The notes under the pieces: model-generated
Database searches by the model: none
What the model saw: the letters and a program-made list of their open reading frames with translations, nothing else
Told to the model about the DNA's origin: nothing
Source: a plasmid
Reading direction: 5' to 3' (one strand)
Sequence record: NZ_CP118109.1
DNA: 64,000 nucleotides
Translations under genes and position numbers: made by a program
In this document: one piece after another, positions 46,390-55,181 of the stretch
Layout of the letters: each line of letters starts with the position of its first letter
Position numbering within the stretch: position 1 is the first letter of the stretch

Positions 46390-46839
46390 CTAAGCTCCCA
46401 CAAGGTTCTTTCTTGCTGTGTCATATTGACGGGCAATCGCTGCTGCGAGTTTATCATAAGGATCTTCCCATCCTTCTGGCTTCATTACTTTGCCGTCTTC
46501 TTTGTAATGAGGCTTGCCGTCTGGCCACAATTTGCTCATGTTTGCATGCTGAACGACATCCATGAGTTCTTGAGGTTTTACACCCAGCTCTACCAGTGTA
46601 CCGATAGCAAAGTAGATCACGTCAATCATAGCGTCAGCTTGATCGACAACAGTTTTAGCATCCAAAAATTCTTGTACTTCTTCATTAACCCAATTCATGC
46701 GCTTTGCCGCGCGTTCCGCATTCATGAGTGTTGGCAGCTCACTTACCGGATGATTAAATGCTTCCTGGAAAGCTTTCACCTGATCGTAAGCGTAGTCTAG
46801 CCCCTTGCCTTCATATTGATATGGTTGCATTAATTCCAT
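46390..46839 (-). CDS. MazG-like nucleotide pyrophosphohydrolase (tentative), starts MELMQPY
   Basis: EExxE...D acidic motif pattern. Confidence 0.4.
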   Translation of the reverse strand: MELMQPYQYEGKGLDYAYDQVKAFQEAFNHPVSELPTLMNAERAAKRMNWVNEEVQEFLDAKTVVDQADAMIDVIYFAIGTLVELGVKPQELMDVVQHANMSKLWPDGKPHYKEDGKVMKPEGWEDPYDKLAAAIARQYDTARKNLVGA

Positions 46840-46866
46840 GCTGTATATCCTCTTTTCTATATATTT

Positions 46867-47907
46867 TTATAGATCATCGAAGCCGTTATCGTCACTGGTT
46901 TTTCCGTAGTTACGAGACTTGGTTTCGAAGAAGTCAGATTTAGTAGCGTTCAATGCTTCATCAGAGAATGGCTTGATCCAAGGCATGCAGTTTACATCAA
47001 CGCCTTCGTAAGCTTTCTCCAGACCGAGCATCTTCAGACGGCGGTTGGCCATGTATTTGATATAGTCAGACAGCTCTTCAAGATCGATGCCGCGGACTTC
47101 TTTTAGTGTGTAGTAGGCCCAGTTAGTTTCCAGCTGTACAGCACGATCAATAGTGTCGTAGGCATACTGAATGTTCTCAGGCGTGTTCAGCTCAGGGAAG
47201 TCTGCAAGCAGCTGCTTGAATACCTCTGCGAAGAAGTAGCAGTGCTGATTTTCATCCCGTTGGATATATGAGATCATCTGGCTAGTGCCGATCATCTTTT
47301 GGTCTCGAGCCAGGTTATAGAAGAATGCAAATGTACTGTAGAAGAAGATACCTTCAAGGATCAGGTCAGCCACCATGGCCTTGAAGAAGGTTTGTGGCGT
47401 CTGCTCATCACGGAACTCTTGGTAGATTTCTGAGATAAATGTATTGCGCTCCAACAGAACCGGATCATGCTTCCAATATTCAAAGATTTCTCGCTGCTCC
47501 TGCTCAGAAACCAAGGACGACAGTACATAGGAGTAGGACTGATTATGAACAACTTCCTGCTGTCCGATAATGGCCGAGATTGCTTCTAGTGAAGAGTCCG
47601 TAAAGTAACGCTTTACATCGCCGACAAACATGGTCTGCATGGAATCCAAGACTGCCAAGAGGCCGATATTGATCTTGAATGTACGCTGCTCTTCTGCATC
47701 CAGAAGCGGGAATTGCTGAGCATCCTTACTCATTGGGATTTCATCAGCGATCCAATGATTCAATAGCAGAACCTTGTAGAGCTTGTACATATGCGGCATG
47801 CGGATATCGTTCCAGTTGAGAATCCCTGAGTTCTCGCCTTCGATAATCCGAGTTGATTTATTTGGTGCTTCTGTATTGAAGATTTTTTGCATTTTCATCT
47901 TATTCAC
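46867..47907 (-). CDS. nrdF: ribonucleotide reductase class Ib small subunit
   Basis: ferritin-like RNR beta fold; operon with nrdE and nrdI. Confidence 0.85.
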   Translation of the reverse strand: MNKMKMQKIFNTEAPNKSTRIIEGENSGILNWNDIRMPHMYKLYKVLLLNHWIADEIPMSKDAQQFPLLDAEEQRTFKINIGLLAVLDSMQTMFVGDVKRYFTDSSLEAISAIIGQQEVVHNQSYSYVLSSLVSEQEQREIFEYWKHDPVLLERNTFISEIYQEFRDEQTPQTFFKAMVADLILEGIFFYSTFAFFYNLARDQKMIGTSQMISYIQRDENQHCYFFAEVFKQLLADFPELNTPENIQYAYDTIDRAVQLETNWAYYTLKEVRGIDLEELSDYIKYMANRRLKMLGLEKAYEGVDVNCMPWIKPFSDEALNATKSDFFETKSRNYGKTSDDNGFDDL

Positions 47908-48133
47908 TCTTCTTTCTCATTTTCTTTTCCCTGTAATAATCCGTTATAAATTGAACGAATAGCTTTTTGACTTTAAACATGATTAATATTGCACTAAACG
48001 TGTGGTCCCAAGCCCAAATCATGAACCATATCAGCAGACCCAAGGTTGTAAGGCCACCAAGGATAAAGGTGGCCCATACATACCAGATCAAGATTTCGCT
48101 TGATGGATCTATCATGAAGCGCAGTTCTCGCAT
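47900..48133 (-). CDS. small membrane protein inserted between nrdE and nrdF
   Basis: overlaps both neighbours; hydrophobic. Confidence 0.3.
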   Translation of the reverse strand: MRELRFMIDPSSEILIWYVWATFILGGLTTLGLLIWFMIWAWDHTFSAILIMFKVKKLFVQFITDYYREKKMRKKSE

Positions 48134-50445
48134 TCTTCAATTGTCAATGCGCGGCTGCGGAGATAGTAGCTCGTCTTGATTCCGTTCTCCCAAACAGCCA
48201 TATGCAAATCCAAAAGATCACTTGCTTTGATGTCTGGAGTTACATAAAGGTTGAAGCTTTGAGCCTGGTCAATATGTCTCGATCGAGCACCGGCCATCTT
48301 AATGCTAGCGTGTTGATCAATCAAGAACGCAGTCTTGTAATACCAAAGTGTATCGTTATTCAGATCCGGAGCAGGATTGGCCACTTTATACGTTGTCTTT
48401 TCTTCATAAGAAACAAGTTCGTAAATCGGATCAATGGTTGCTGTAGAGCCGGCAATAATGGATGTGGTACCATTTGGCGCTATTGCTATCAGGTTCGCAT
48501 TGCGGATACCGTATTTACGGATCTCACCGGCAAGCTCCGCCCACTCAGTGCTGTTGTATCCTCGATCGGTAAAGTAGTTCCCGTTTTGCCATTCGCTGCC
48601 TTCAAACTTCGGATAGGCTCCTTTTTCTTTGGCCAAATCCATACTTGTCTTAATCGCAAGGAAGTTGATTTTCTCATAGAGCTTGTCGTTATAATCAACA
48701 GCAGCATCGGATTCCCATCGAATCTTCAGCAGGGCAAGTAAGTGATGAAGACCAAATGTTCCTAGACCAACGGCACGATACTGGTTGTTTGTGTGCTGTG
48801 CCTGAAGCACTTCGATGTTGTTGATGTCGATAACGTTATCTAGCATCCGAATTTGGATTGGAACAAGGCGTTCTAGCACATTGTCCGGAACCGCTCTGGA
48901 TAGATTAATTGAGTTCAGGTTACATACAACAAAGTCACCTGGAATTTTAGTAATGATGATCCGTGTTTCTCCATCCTTAGTTACAAGCTCTTCGGACTCA
49001 ACTACTGTTGGAGATTGGTTTTGCATGATCTCTGTACAGAGGTTTGAAGAATATATCATGCCGTGAGCTTTATTCGGATTCGTCCGGTTTACTGTATCAC
49101 GGTAGAACATGAACGGCGTGCCTGTCTCAAGCTGGGACTTCATAATGCGCTTCATAACATCAATAGCTTGAACAGTAATACGTGGCAGCAGTGGGTTTGC
49201 TACAGCTTCAGCATATTTCTCACGGAACGCTCCGCTTCCAAGCTTCTCATCATAGAAGTCTTCTAAGCCCAATTTGCGCCCCTTCTCATCTGTCCAACCC
49301 ATAATACTCTTCACTTCGTGAGGGCAGAACAGGTGCCATTCTTCGCGCTCACGAACAGCTTCCATGAATAGATCCGGCAGACATACGGCGTGGAAGATGT
49401 CATGCGCTCTCATACGCTCGTCACCGTTGTTCAATTTAAGATCCAAGAAGGACAGAATATCTTTATGGAAAACATCCAGATAGACAGCTACAGCGCCTTT
49501 ACGAGTGCCAAGCTGGTCAACGCTGACTGCCGTATTGTTCAGCTGGCGGATCCAAGGGATAACGCCGGAACTTGTATTCTTGTGCCCGCGGATATCGGAG
49601 CCTCTGGAACGTACTTTTCCAAGGTATACACCGATACCGCCACCCATTTTGCTGAGACGTGCTACATCGGTATTGGAATCAAAGATACCTTCAAGAGAGT
49701 CGTCAACCGTATCAATGAAGCAGCTGGACAGCTGTCCGCCAGAAGCTTTACCTGCATTAGATAAAGTCGGTGTAGCCACTGTCATGTATAGGTTGCTCAT
49801 AGCCCAGTAAGATTCTTTAACTAGCTCGATTCGCTTCTCTGCAGGCTCCTGGTGCATCAAGAACATAGAAATAATCATATAGCGCTCTTGCGGCAGCTCC
49901 ATTACCTTACCGTCATAATCGCTAGTCAAGTAGCGTTCATTGAGTGTCATGAGGCCAATGTAGTCGAACAGCAGATCTCTTTCTGGAGCGATAGTAGCTT
50001 CAAGCTCTTCGATTTCTTCTTTGGTGTAAGCTTCTAATAGTTCTTTTCTGAATAGCTTCTTCTCGACCAATGTCGTGATCAAGCTGTAGAAGGATCCATA
50101 AGGCTTATCTGTATATGATTTATAATTACGATTGAAAGCTGCCTTTTTATATAAGGATGTTAAAAAGGAACGAGCAGCCGCAAACTTCCAATTCGGTTCT
50201 TCTTTCGAAATCAATTCCAATGCAGACATAGTAAATGCATTTGTAATCTCATCGGCGGTTACTTCTTTGTATCTAAGCTTAGATAATACGCCACGAATTA
50301 AGCGTTGAATATTCAGGGGTTCTCCCTGCGAATCTTTTAAGTCTGCCATGATGCGTTCTGCGAATGCTTGGATTCGGTTAACGTCAAATGCCAGTTCTCT
50401 ATTATTGGGCTTTGTAACCTTTAGCGGTGTTGCGCTCAATTTCAT
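48112..50445 (-). CDS. nrdE: ribonucleotide reductase class Ib large subunit
   Basis: 777 aa; ATP-cone-less N-terminus; between nrdI and nrdF. Confidence 0.9.
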   Translation of the reverse strand: MKLSATPLKVTKPNNRELAFDVNRIQAFAERIMADLKDSQGEPLNIQRLIRGVLSKLRYKEVTADEITNAFTMSALELISKEEPNWKFAAARSFLTSLYKKAAFNRNYKSYTDKPYGSFYSLITTLVEKKLFRKELLEAYTKEEIEELEATIAPERDLLFDYIGLMTLNERYLTSDYDGKVMELPQERYMIISMFLMHQEPAEKRIELVKESYWAMSNLYMTVATPTLSNAGKASGGQLSSCFIDTVDDSLEGIFDSNTDVARLSKMGGGIGVYLGKVRSRGSDIRGHKNTSSGVIPWIRQLNNTAVSVDQLGTRKGAVAVYLDVFHKDILSFLDLKLNNGDERMRAHDIFHAVCLPDLFMEAVREREEWHLFCPHEVKSIMGWTDEKGRKLGLEDFYDEKLGSGAFREKYAEAVANPLLPRITVQAIDVMKRIMKSQLETGTPFMFYRDTVNRTNPNKAHGMIYSSNLCTEIMQNQSPTVVESEELVTKDGETRIIITKIPGDFVVCNLNSINLSRAVPDNVLERLVPIQIRMLDNVIDINNIEVLQAQHTNNQYRAVGLGTFGLHHLLALLKIRWESDAAVDYNDKLYEKINFLAIKTSMDLAKEKGAYPKFEGSEWQNGNYFTDRGYNSTEWAELAGEIRKYGIRNANLIAIAPNGTTSIIAGSTATIDPIYELVSYEEKTTYKVANPAPDLNNDTLWYYKTAFLIDQHASIKMAGARSRHIDQAQSFNLYVTPDIKASDLLDLHMAVWENGIKTSYYLRSRALTIEECENCAS

Positions 50446-50743
50446 TCACCTCTTTTATAAATTTCTCAACAGAATCTGATGAGATATATGGAACAGCCTG
50501 GCTCAATTCATGAAGTTCTTCCCTGCTGTATCGGCCGATAATGCTGCACCCAACCATAAGATTATGGTTATGTATAAGAAAGTCAGATACTTCTTCGGGC
50601 ATTTTACCTGTTTCTTCGGTGCTTGTAATCAGCACATAGGGCTGCTGCATTCGAAGCGCAGGGCCGATCCTTACGGCATGCATTCCCGTTTTCTTAACGA
50701 AACTCTCTGCTTTGCCAGATAAAGAATAATAACTCAATAACAT
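50402..50743 (-). CDS. nrdI: NrdI flavodoxin-like protein
   Basis: MLLSYYSLSGKAESFVKK flavodoxin start; RBS ggaagg. Confidence 0.75.
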   Translation of the reverse strand: MLLSYYSLSGKAESFVKKTGMHAVRIGPALRMQQPYVLITSTEETGKMPEEVSDFLIHNHNLMVGCSIIGRYSREELHELSQAVPYISSDSVEKFIKEVNEIERNTAKGYKAQ

Positions 50744-50755
50744 GTGAAACCTTCC

Positions 50756-50777
50756 TTTTTGTAACGCATTACATTTA
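50756..50777. promoter_or_regulatory. palindrome TTTTTGTAACGCATTACATTTA upstream of nrd operon
   Basis: direct read. Confidence 0.55.
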
Positions 50778-50880
50778 TCGTGCAATAGTTATTGTATTCT
50801 ATATTTCTCTTCATTTAAAGTCTTGACATTCGAAAAACCCCAACATGTAGTGCTGAGGTCTTCCGAAATATACAAGGTTT

Positions 50881-51258
50881 CTACTTTTTCACAAGCTGTT
50901 CAAGGTATTCTCCTTCAGCATCACAAACTTCTCTGATTTGTTCCATTGCTACGGTTGATCCAATCGACCGCAGCTTCTTAAACACAAATAGATCACGTTC
51001 CTCTTCATTATAGACAGGATCGCCTTCTCCATCCTCGGGAGCATTTCTGACAAGTCCTTCAGTCAACTGAATCATTTCAATCTTAAGTACTTTTCCATCC
51101 ACGGAATGGTTGAATACCTCCAAGGCGCGAGTCAGGTACCCACCATAAAAATGATTGCTGAAAGTTTCTTCAGTAAGGGCGCCGATCTCATCGTACATTT
51201 CATCCATGTTCTTGATTTTCTTTAGATTACCCAAGTATTCTTCTAACACTGATTTCAT
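50881..51258 (-). CDS. hypothetical acidic protein
   Basis: ORF track. Confidence 0.5.
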   Translation of the reverse strand: MKSVLEEYLGNLKKIKNMDEMYDEIGALTEETFSNHFYGGYLTRALEVFNHSVDGKVLKIEMIQLTEGLVRNAPEDGEGDPVYNEEERDLFVFKKLRSIGSTVAMEQIREVCDAEGEYLEQLVKK

Positions 51259-51279
51259 CTAAACAACCTCGCTCTCTAC

Positions 51280-51759
51280 TTATTGGTATAGGTTTGCTAC
51301 AAAGATTCCGTCTTCATCAGTCGGACGAATGACATATCGCTTTGCTTCTGCCCCTTTTTCATTTATCCATTTCACAAGTCCAGCACTGAAGCATTTAAAA
51401 CCGCTACCTTTGTTGTTACCTTTTATAGCTCTAAGACGCATGCCGTCTTCTGATTTTCTTAGTACGATTTGACGAGGGCTGCCTCTGAATCCAATCTGAA
51501 CCTTGTCACCTTCTTTAATCCCTAGAAGTGCGCCAGCCTCTTTATTAATATGGATTCCTCCAGATTTTTGAAAACCAATGCTTGGATCTTTGACATTGAT
51601 ACTATTGGAATACCACTCAACTTCTTTGCTCGGAATATCGCTCATCTTGATACCATACCTTTCCGCTTCTTCGGGCGTCACTTGCCTAGTCTGCAATCCT
51701 TGCTGAAAAGGGAGTTTACCTGGATCGCTCGGATTTTTCCGCGGCCTGCCTCTTGTCAT
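51280..51759 (-). CDS. hypothetical protein with GRPRK N-terminus
   Basis: ORF track. Confidence 0.5.
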   Translation of the reverse strand: MTRGRPRKNPSDPGKLPFQQGLQTRQVTPEEAERYGIKMSDIPSKEVEWYSNSINVKDPSIGFQKSGGIHINKEAGALLGIKEGDKVQIGFRGSPRQIVLRKSEDGMRLRAIKGNNKGSGFKCFSAGLVKWINEKGAEAKRYVIRPTDEDGIFVANLYQ

Positions 51760-51764
51760 AGTGA

Positions 51765-51881
51765 TTATTCCTCCTCTTCTTCCTCTTCAATATCCTCTTC
51801 ACGCTTCTGACAGTCTGGACAGAAGCTCTCATTGCAGCAGGGACAGCTAACAAAAAAAGACATGCAATCTTTGCAATACAT
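51765..51881 (-). CDS. Cys-rich micro-protein (38 aa, 8 Cys, acidic tail)
   Basis: RBS gaaaggtga; CKDC...CPCC...CPDC; below track cutoff. Confidence 0.35.
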   Translation of the reverse strand: MYCKDCMSFFVSCPCCNESFCPDCQKREEDIEEEEEEE

Positions 51882-52127
51882 ATTCATTCACCTTTCTTAA
51901 AATGTAATACATTTCATTTAGGTAATATTATGAAGGAAGGTGGTCTTCCAGTATGTTGAGTATTTGTTCGGCGTACTTACTACTCCATCTTTTTGGATAA
52001 AAATAGTCATACATCTCTTTAATTTCTCTATTGGAAAGAGTTAGCTGATAAAAGGGTTTATCAAGCCCTTCTTTCTGAACGATTTTTACGTCCAACTGCC
52101 CGCCTCCTCAGAAAAAAATCGCTTAAA

Positions 52128-52165
52128 ACTAAAACTGCGTAAAATCTTAATTATACGCAGTTTTT
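52128..52165. terminator. bidirectional terminator
   Basis: aaaactgcgta-N13-tacgcagtttt. Confidence 0.6.
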
Positions 52166-52457
52166 ATAGTTCGCTAAACGGCGTGACGTTCGTTATATGA
52201 ATTTTTCCATCTGAATCTATACGCTGTTCCAATGATATGTTTTCCAATCGACTACCTGGATAGACTATTGGAAACCTCTCATCTTTGGTCTTCACAGCGA
52301 ACCCGATGCAATCTGCATAGTATAAGCTTTCTGCGTGGCTTACTTGGACCTGCACACCCAACTTCTCACTTAAGATGTGAGATAGCAATTCGCGAGAGAT
52401 GGGGATTACCCCGCCTCGTGTTATCGGCAGGCTCTCTTTTCTCTTCTTTTCTCCCAT
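52164..52457 (-). CDS. hypothetical protein
   Basis: RBS aaggaagagg. Confidence 0.45.
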   Translation of the reverse strand: MGEKKRKESLPITRGGVIPISRELLSHILSEKLGVQVQVSHAESLYYADCIGFAVKTKDERFPIVYPGSRLENISLEQRIDSDGKIHITNVTPFSEL

Positions 52458-52473
52458 ATATACCTCTTCCTTT

Positions 52474-52638
52474 ACCCCCAGATTTCTTTGAGACGAGCCG
52501 CAACTAATAGCAAATAAACAATCGTGAAAGCTAAAAAGACCCATTGAATTTTTAAATTGCGCTTACGGCTATCCCCATAAAAATGTGCACTAAGACTTAA
52601 AATTAAAATATTGACTGCAAGCATAATGTGATCCATTT
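52474..52638 (-). CDS. small membrane protein (54 aa)
   Basis: RBS aaggagc; stop overlaps next RBS. Confidence 0.35.
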
Positions 52639-52651
52639 AATTAATTGCTCC

Positions 52652-52975
52652 TTAATATGGCGTTTGCTTGGTTGCATACCAGTCTGAGGCAAACAAATCC
52701 GCCTGAGCAGGAAGCCAGCCTGGCTGCCATTCATCCGTTTCGCCATTAAAAAATGCGATATACGGCTGCGAATTAAGAGGCGTATTTACACCAATATGTT
52801 TTGCTGTGCGATCGTTAACCTTCAAAAATGTACTAGCTGTACTAAAAGGCGGCAGATAAAGAGAAGGCATCATTACAATGAAGCTGCCAGGTGCCCAAGA
52901 ATCGCGTCTTAACTTTTCTTCTTTCTCTAAGAGCTCAAGTGCATGTCCGAATTTCATTTCTTCCCCTGCTTTCAT
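52652..52975 (-). CDS. hypothetical protein
   Basis: ORF track. Confidence 0.5.
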   Translation of the reverse strand: MKAGEEMKFGHALELLEKEEKLRRDSWAPGSFIVMMPSLYLPPFSTASTFLKVNDRTAKHIGVNTPLNSQPYIAFFNGETDEWQPGWLPAQADLFASDWYATKQTPY

Positions 52976-52982
52976 TTAAACT

Positions 52983-53312
52983 TTACTTGATTTCTTTTTC
53001 GTATTGCGGATGACTGCTTCTGTAATGATCTATGAAGATGCTATCTGCAATTTGTATTGCATCCTTGACTGAATCCATCATTCGTCTCGTATCATGATCC
53101 TGCGGCATCTTTTTTAAGATGATTAAAGCATTCGCTAATTGATCAACCACGTTTTTATGAGCAATCGTAAAGTCAAAAGTATATTTTTCTATCAGCCCTT
53201 TTATTTCTTCGCTATTGTCATCAGCATCAACTTCCAAGATGACTTTGCCAGTTTCCACTTCGATTAGAGAGATGCGATCAACTACTTTTTTTGCTACAAC
53301 ATTTTTGTCCAT
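52983..53312 (-). CDS. hypothetical protein
   Basis: ORF track. Confidence 0.5.
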   Translation of the reverse strand: MDKNVVAKKVVDRISLIEVETGKVILEVDADDNSEEIKGLIEKYTFDFTIAHKNVVDQLANALIILKKMPQDHDTRRMMDSVKDAIQIADSIFIDHYRSSHPQYEKEIK

Positions 53313-53326
53313 TTAAATACAGCTCC

Positions 53327-53842
53327 TCAGTCTTTAAATTCAATGAAATTGAAGCGTGCAACCTTGTTGGCCATTGCCAATAAAAAAGCGGAATTTGTTG
53401 GCTTTGGTTCCAGCAACGGGGACGGAGATTGATCGGCCTCATGGCTTTCGACCATGCCAAGAATGGCATCAAAGATATTAGTCTGAAGATCTTTTTTCAG
53501 AGGTGCAAGGAAGGTGCGGACCATAACCGGATGAATACGACGATACGCATCGCCAGTTTCATTGAAGCACAGATCCTGAAGTAAAGCTCCTGCACGGAAT
53601 GCATCGGCTAGGCCTCGAATCTTGGACTCTTCCCCCAAGAAACCCATAAGTATGCGGTATACGTTCTTTGTATAAGTAACGAGCTCCTCATCATTGTAGA
53701 AGCTTTCTGGCGCCATAGATAATGCATTCTGAGTAAAACTTTGAATCTCAGGATCGTTAAATTGCTCCAATTCCTCTTTAAAAATAAGTACGGCTGGCTT
53801 TACTTCTGACATGTTAGCGTCCTCCTTGATTTTCGCTTGCAC
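53327..53842 (-). CDS. hypothetical protein
   Basis: ORF track. Confidence 0.5.
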   Translation of the reverse strand: MQAKIKEDANMSEVKPAVLIFKEELEQFNDPEIQSFTQNALSMAPESFYNDEELVTYTKNVYRILMGFLGEESKIRGLADAFRAGALLQDLCFNETGDAYRRIHPVMVRTFLAPLKKDLQTNIFDAILGMVESHEADQSPSPLLEPKPTNSAFLLAMANKVARFNFIEFKD

Positions 53843-54035
53843 ATTTTACATGGCAATGATTTTTAATTTCCCAATCCAAATTTCTTCTCCAAGCTCCATT
53901 ATTTCCTCCTGGAGAATTGCTGCTTGGGGTTTTTACATTCATTCCGCAAAAGCGACAGTACACAGGTTGCTCAACGCTTTGATAAGATTGCTGGATCATA
54001 ATCTGCTCAAAGCTCATAGGGCTATTCTTTTTCAC
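53814..54035 (-). CDS. Zn-ribbon small protein
   Basis: CRFCG...CHVKC. Confidence 0.4.
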   Translation of the reverse strand: MKKNSPMSFEQIMIQQSYQSVEQPVYCRFCGMNVKTPSSNSPGGNNGAWRRNLDWEIKNHCHVKCASENQGGR

Positions 54036-54195
54036 TAGGTCTTACCTCTGGCTCTTCAAGTTTCGGTGGCCTGATATATCTGCGATCGAATAGAATAATC
54101 GCGTTCCTAAGAGGACCCTCAGCATCATGAAGCCCCGAAATTGCGAGCATCTATGAGCAGTTGAATATAATCCATGTGTTCTTTTACTGTTAGAT

Positions 54196-54789
54196 TCATT
54201 TTGCGTTAACCTCCTTTAAAGAGAAGACGCCTAAATGGTCAGCATCTTTCAGGATGAATTTGCCTTGGGATTCGTTATTAACGAAGTACTCAAGCTTCTG
54301 CCCGATGAATGGGATCATCGTTGATGTATCAGCATCCGACTCTTCTTCGCTGCGTAAAATAACTTTGCCACCAGGCAAGATAATCTTGTGCACCCCGCTG
54401 TGGCCATCCTCGCAATGCACATCAAATAATTTGAAGTCAGTTCCATCCAAATCAACACGCTGCCTGCGGATCATCATGTTCAGAATCTTCTCGTTATGCT
54501 TTTCTGTATTGCAAATGGAGCCCTCTTCAAAGAGGATACAGCTGCGGCATTCGGAGTCAGAAGAATTGAAGTTTCTGCATTTAAAGCACAGCGGGCATTC
54601 GTGGAAACGAATGCACTCGCCGTACACTTGATGTCTTGGCATATTCAGCGGATCTTCTTTGGATAGTACCTTCCCTTTCGGTGCCTTAAAGCTTTCCTGC
54701 TTCATCATGCCAGCTTTGTATTGTTCCAGCATCTCTCTGCGATCGCTCTCTGTAAGGCCGCCTTGATAGGCTTTCTCCATAAAATCCAT
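54196..54789 (-). CDS. Cys-rich protein
   Basis: CIRFHECPLCFKCRNF...CRSC. Confidence 0.5.
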   Translation of the reverse strand: MDFMEKAYQGGLTESDRREMLEQYKAGMMKQESFKAPKGKVLSKEDPLNMPRHQVYGECIRFHECPLCFKCRNFNSSDSECRSCILFEEGSICNTEKHNEKILNMMIRRQRVDLDGTDFKLFDVHCEDGHSGVHKIILPGGKVILRSEEESDADTSTMIPFIGQKLEYFVNNESQGKFILKDADHLGVFSLKEVNAK

Positions 54790-54804
54790 GAACTTAAATC
54801 CCCT

Positions 54805-55170
54805 TTATTCTTCGTTTTCTACAACAGGCTCTTCCGGATCTTCAACACCTAGGCGGAGCATGTCGTTTAGAGACAACATTGTTTTTTGGCTGGCTACATT
54901 AGGATCTTTTTCGATGGCTTTTTCAGCTTCATCGACTTTTTGCTCTAGCCAAACTCCTTCATTCATTTTGTCTTCAATGATCTCCCTAAGCTGCTTCAGC
55001 TTCATAGGGCGTTCGTCATCTTTATTCTTCTGAGGTGGATTAGAAGCCATATCTTTGTTTAAATCGTTGTACTCTTTTTGCAGCTTACGAGTCTCCATAT
55101 CCAGATCCGTAATCTTGTCTTTCATGATTGTCATAAGCTCTTCGGTTGTAAAATGTTTACCAATTAACAT
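54805..55170 (-). CDS. coiled-coil protein
   Basis: ORF track. Confidence 0.5.
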   Translation of the reverse strand: MLIGKHFTTEELMTIMKDKITDLDMETRKLQKEYNDLNKDMASNPPQKNKDDERPMKLKQLREIIEDKMNEGVWLEQKVDEAEKAIEKDPNVASQKTMLSLNDMLRLGVEDPEEPVVENEE

Positions 55171-55181
55171 TGTGATTCTCC

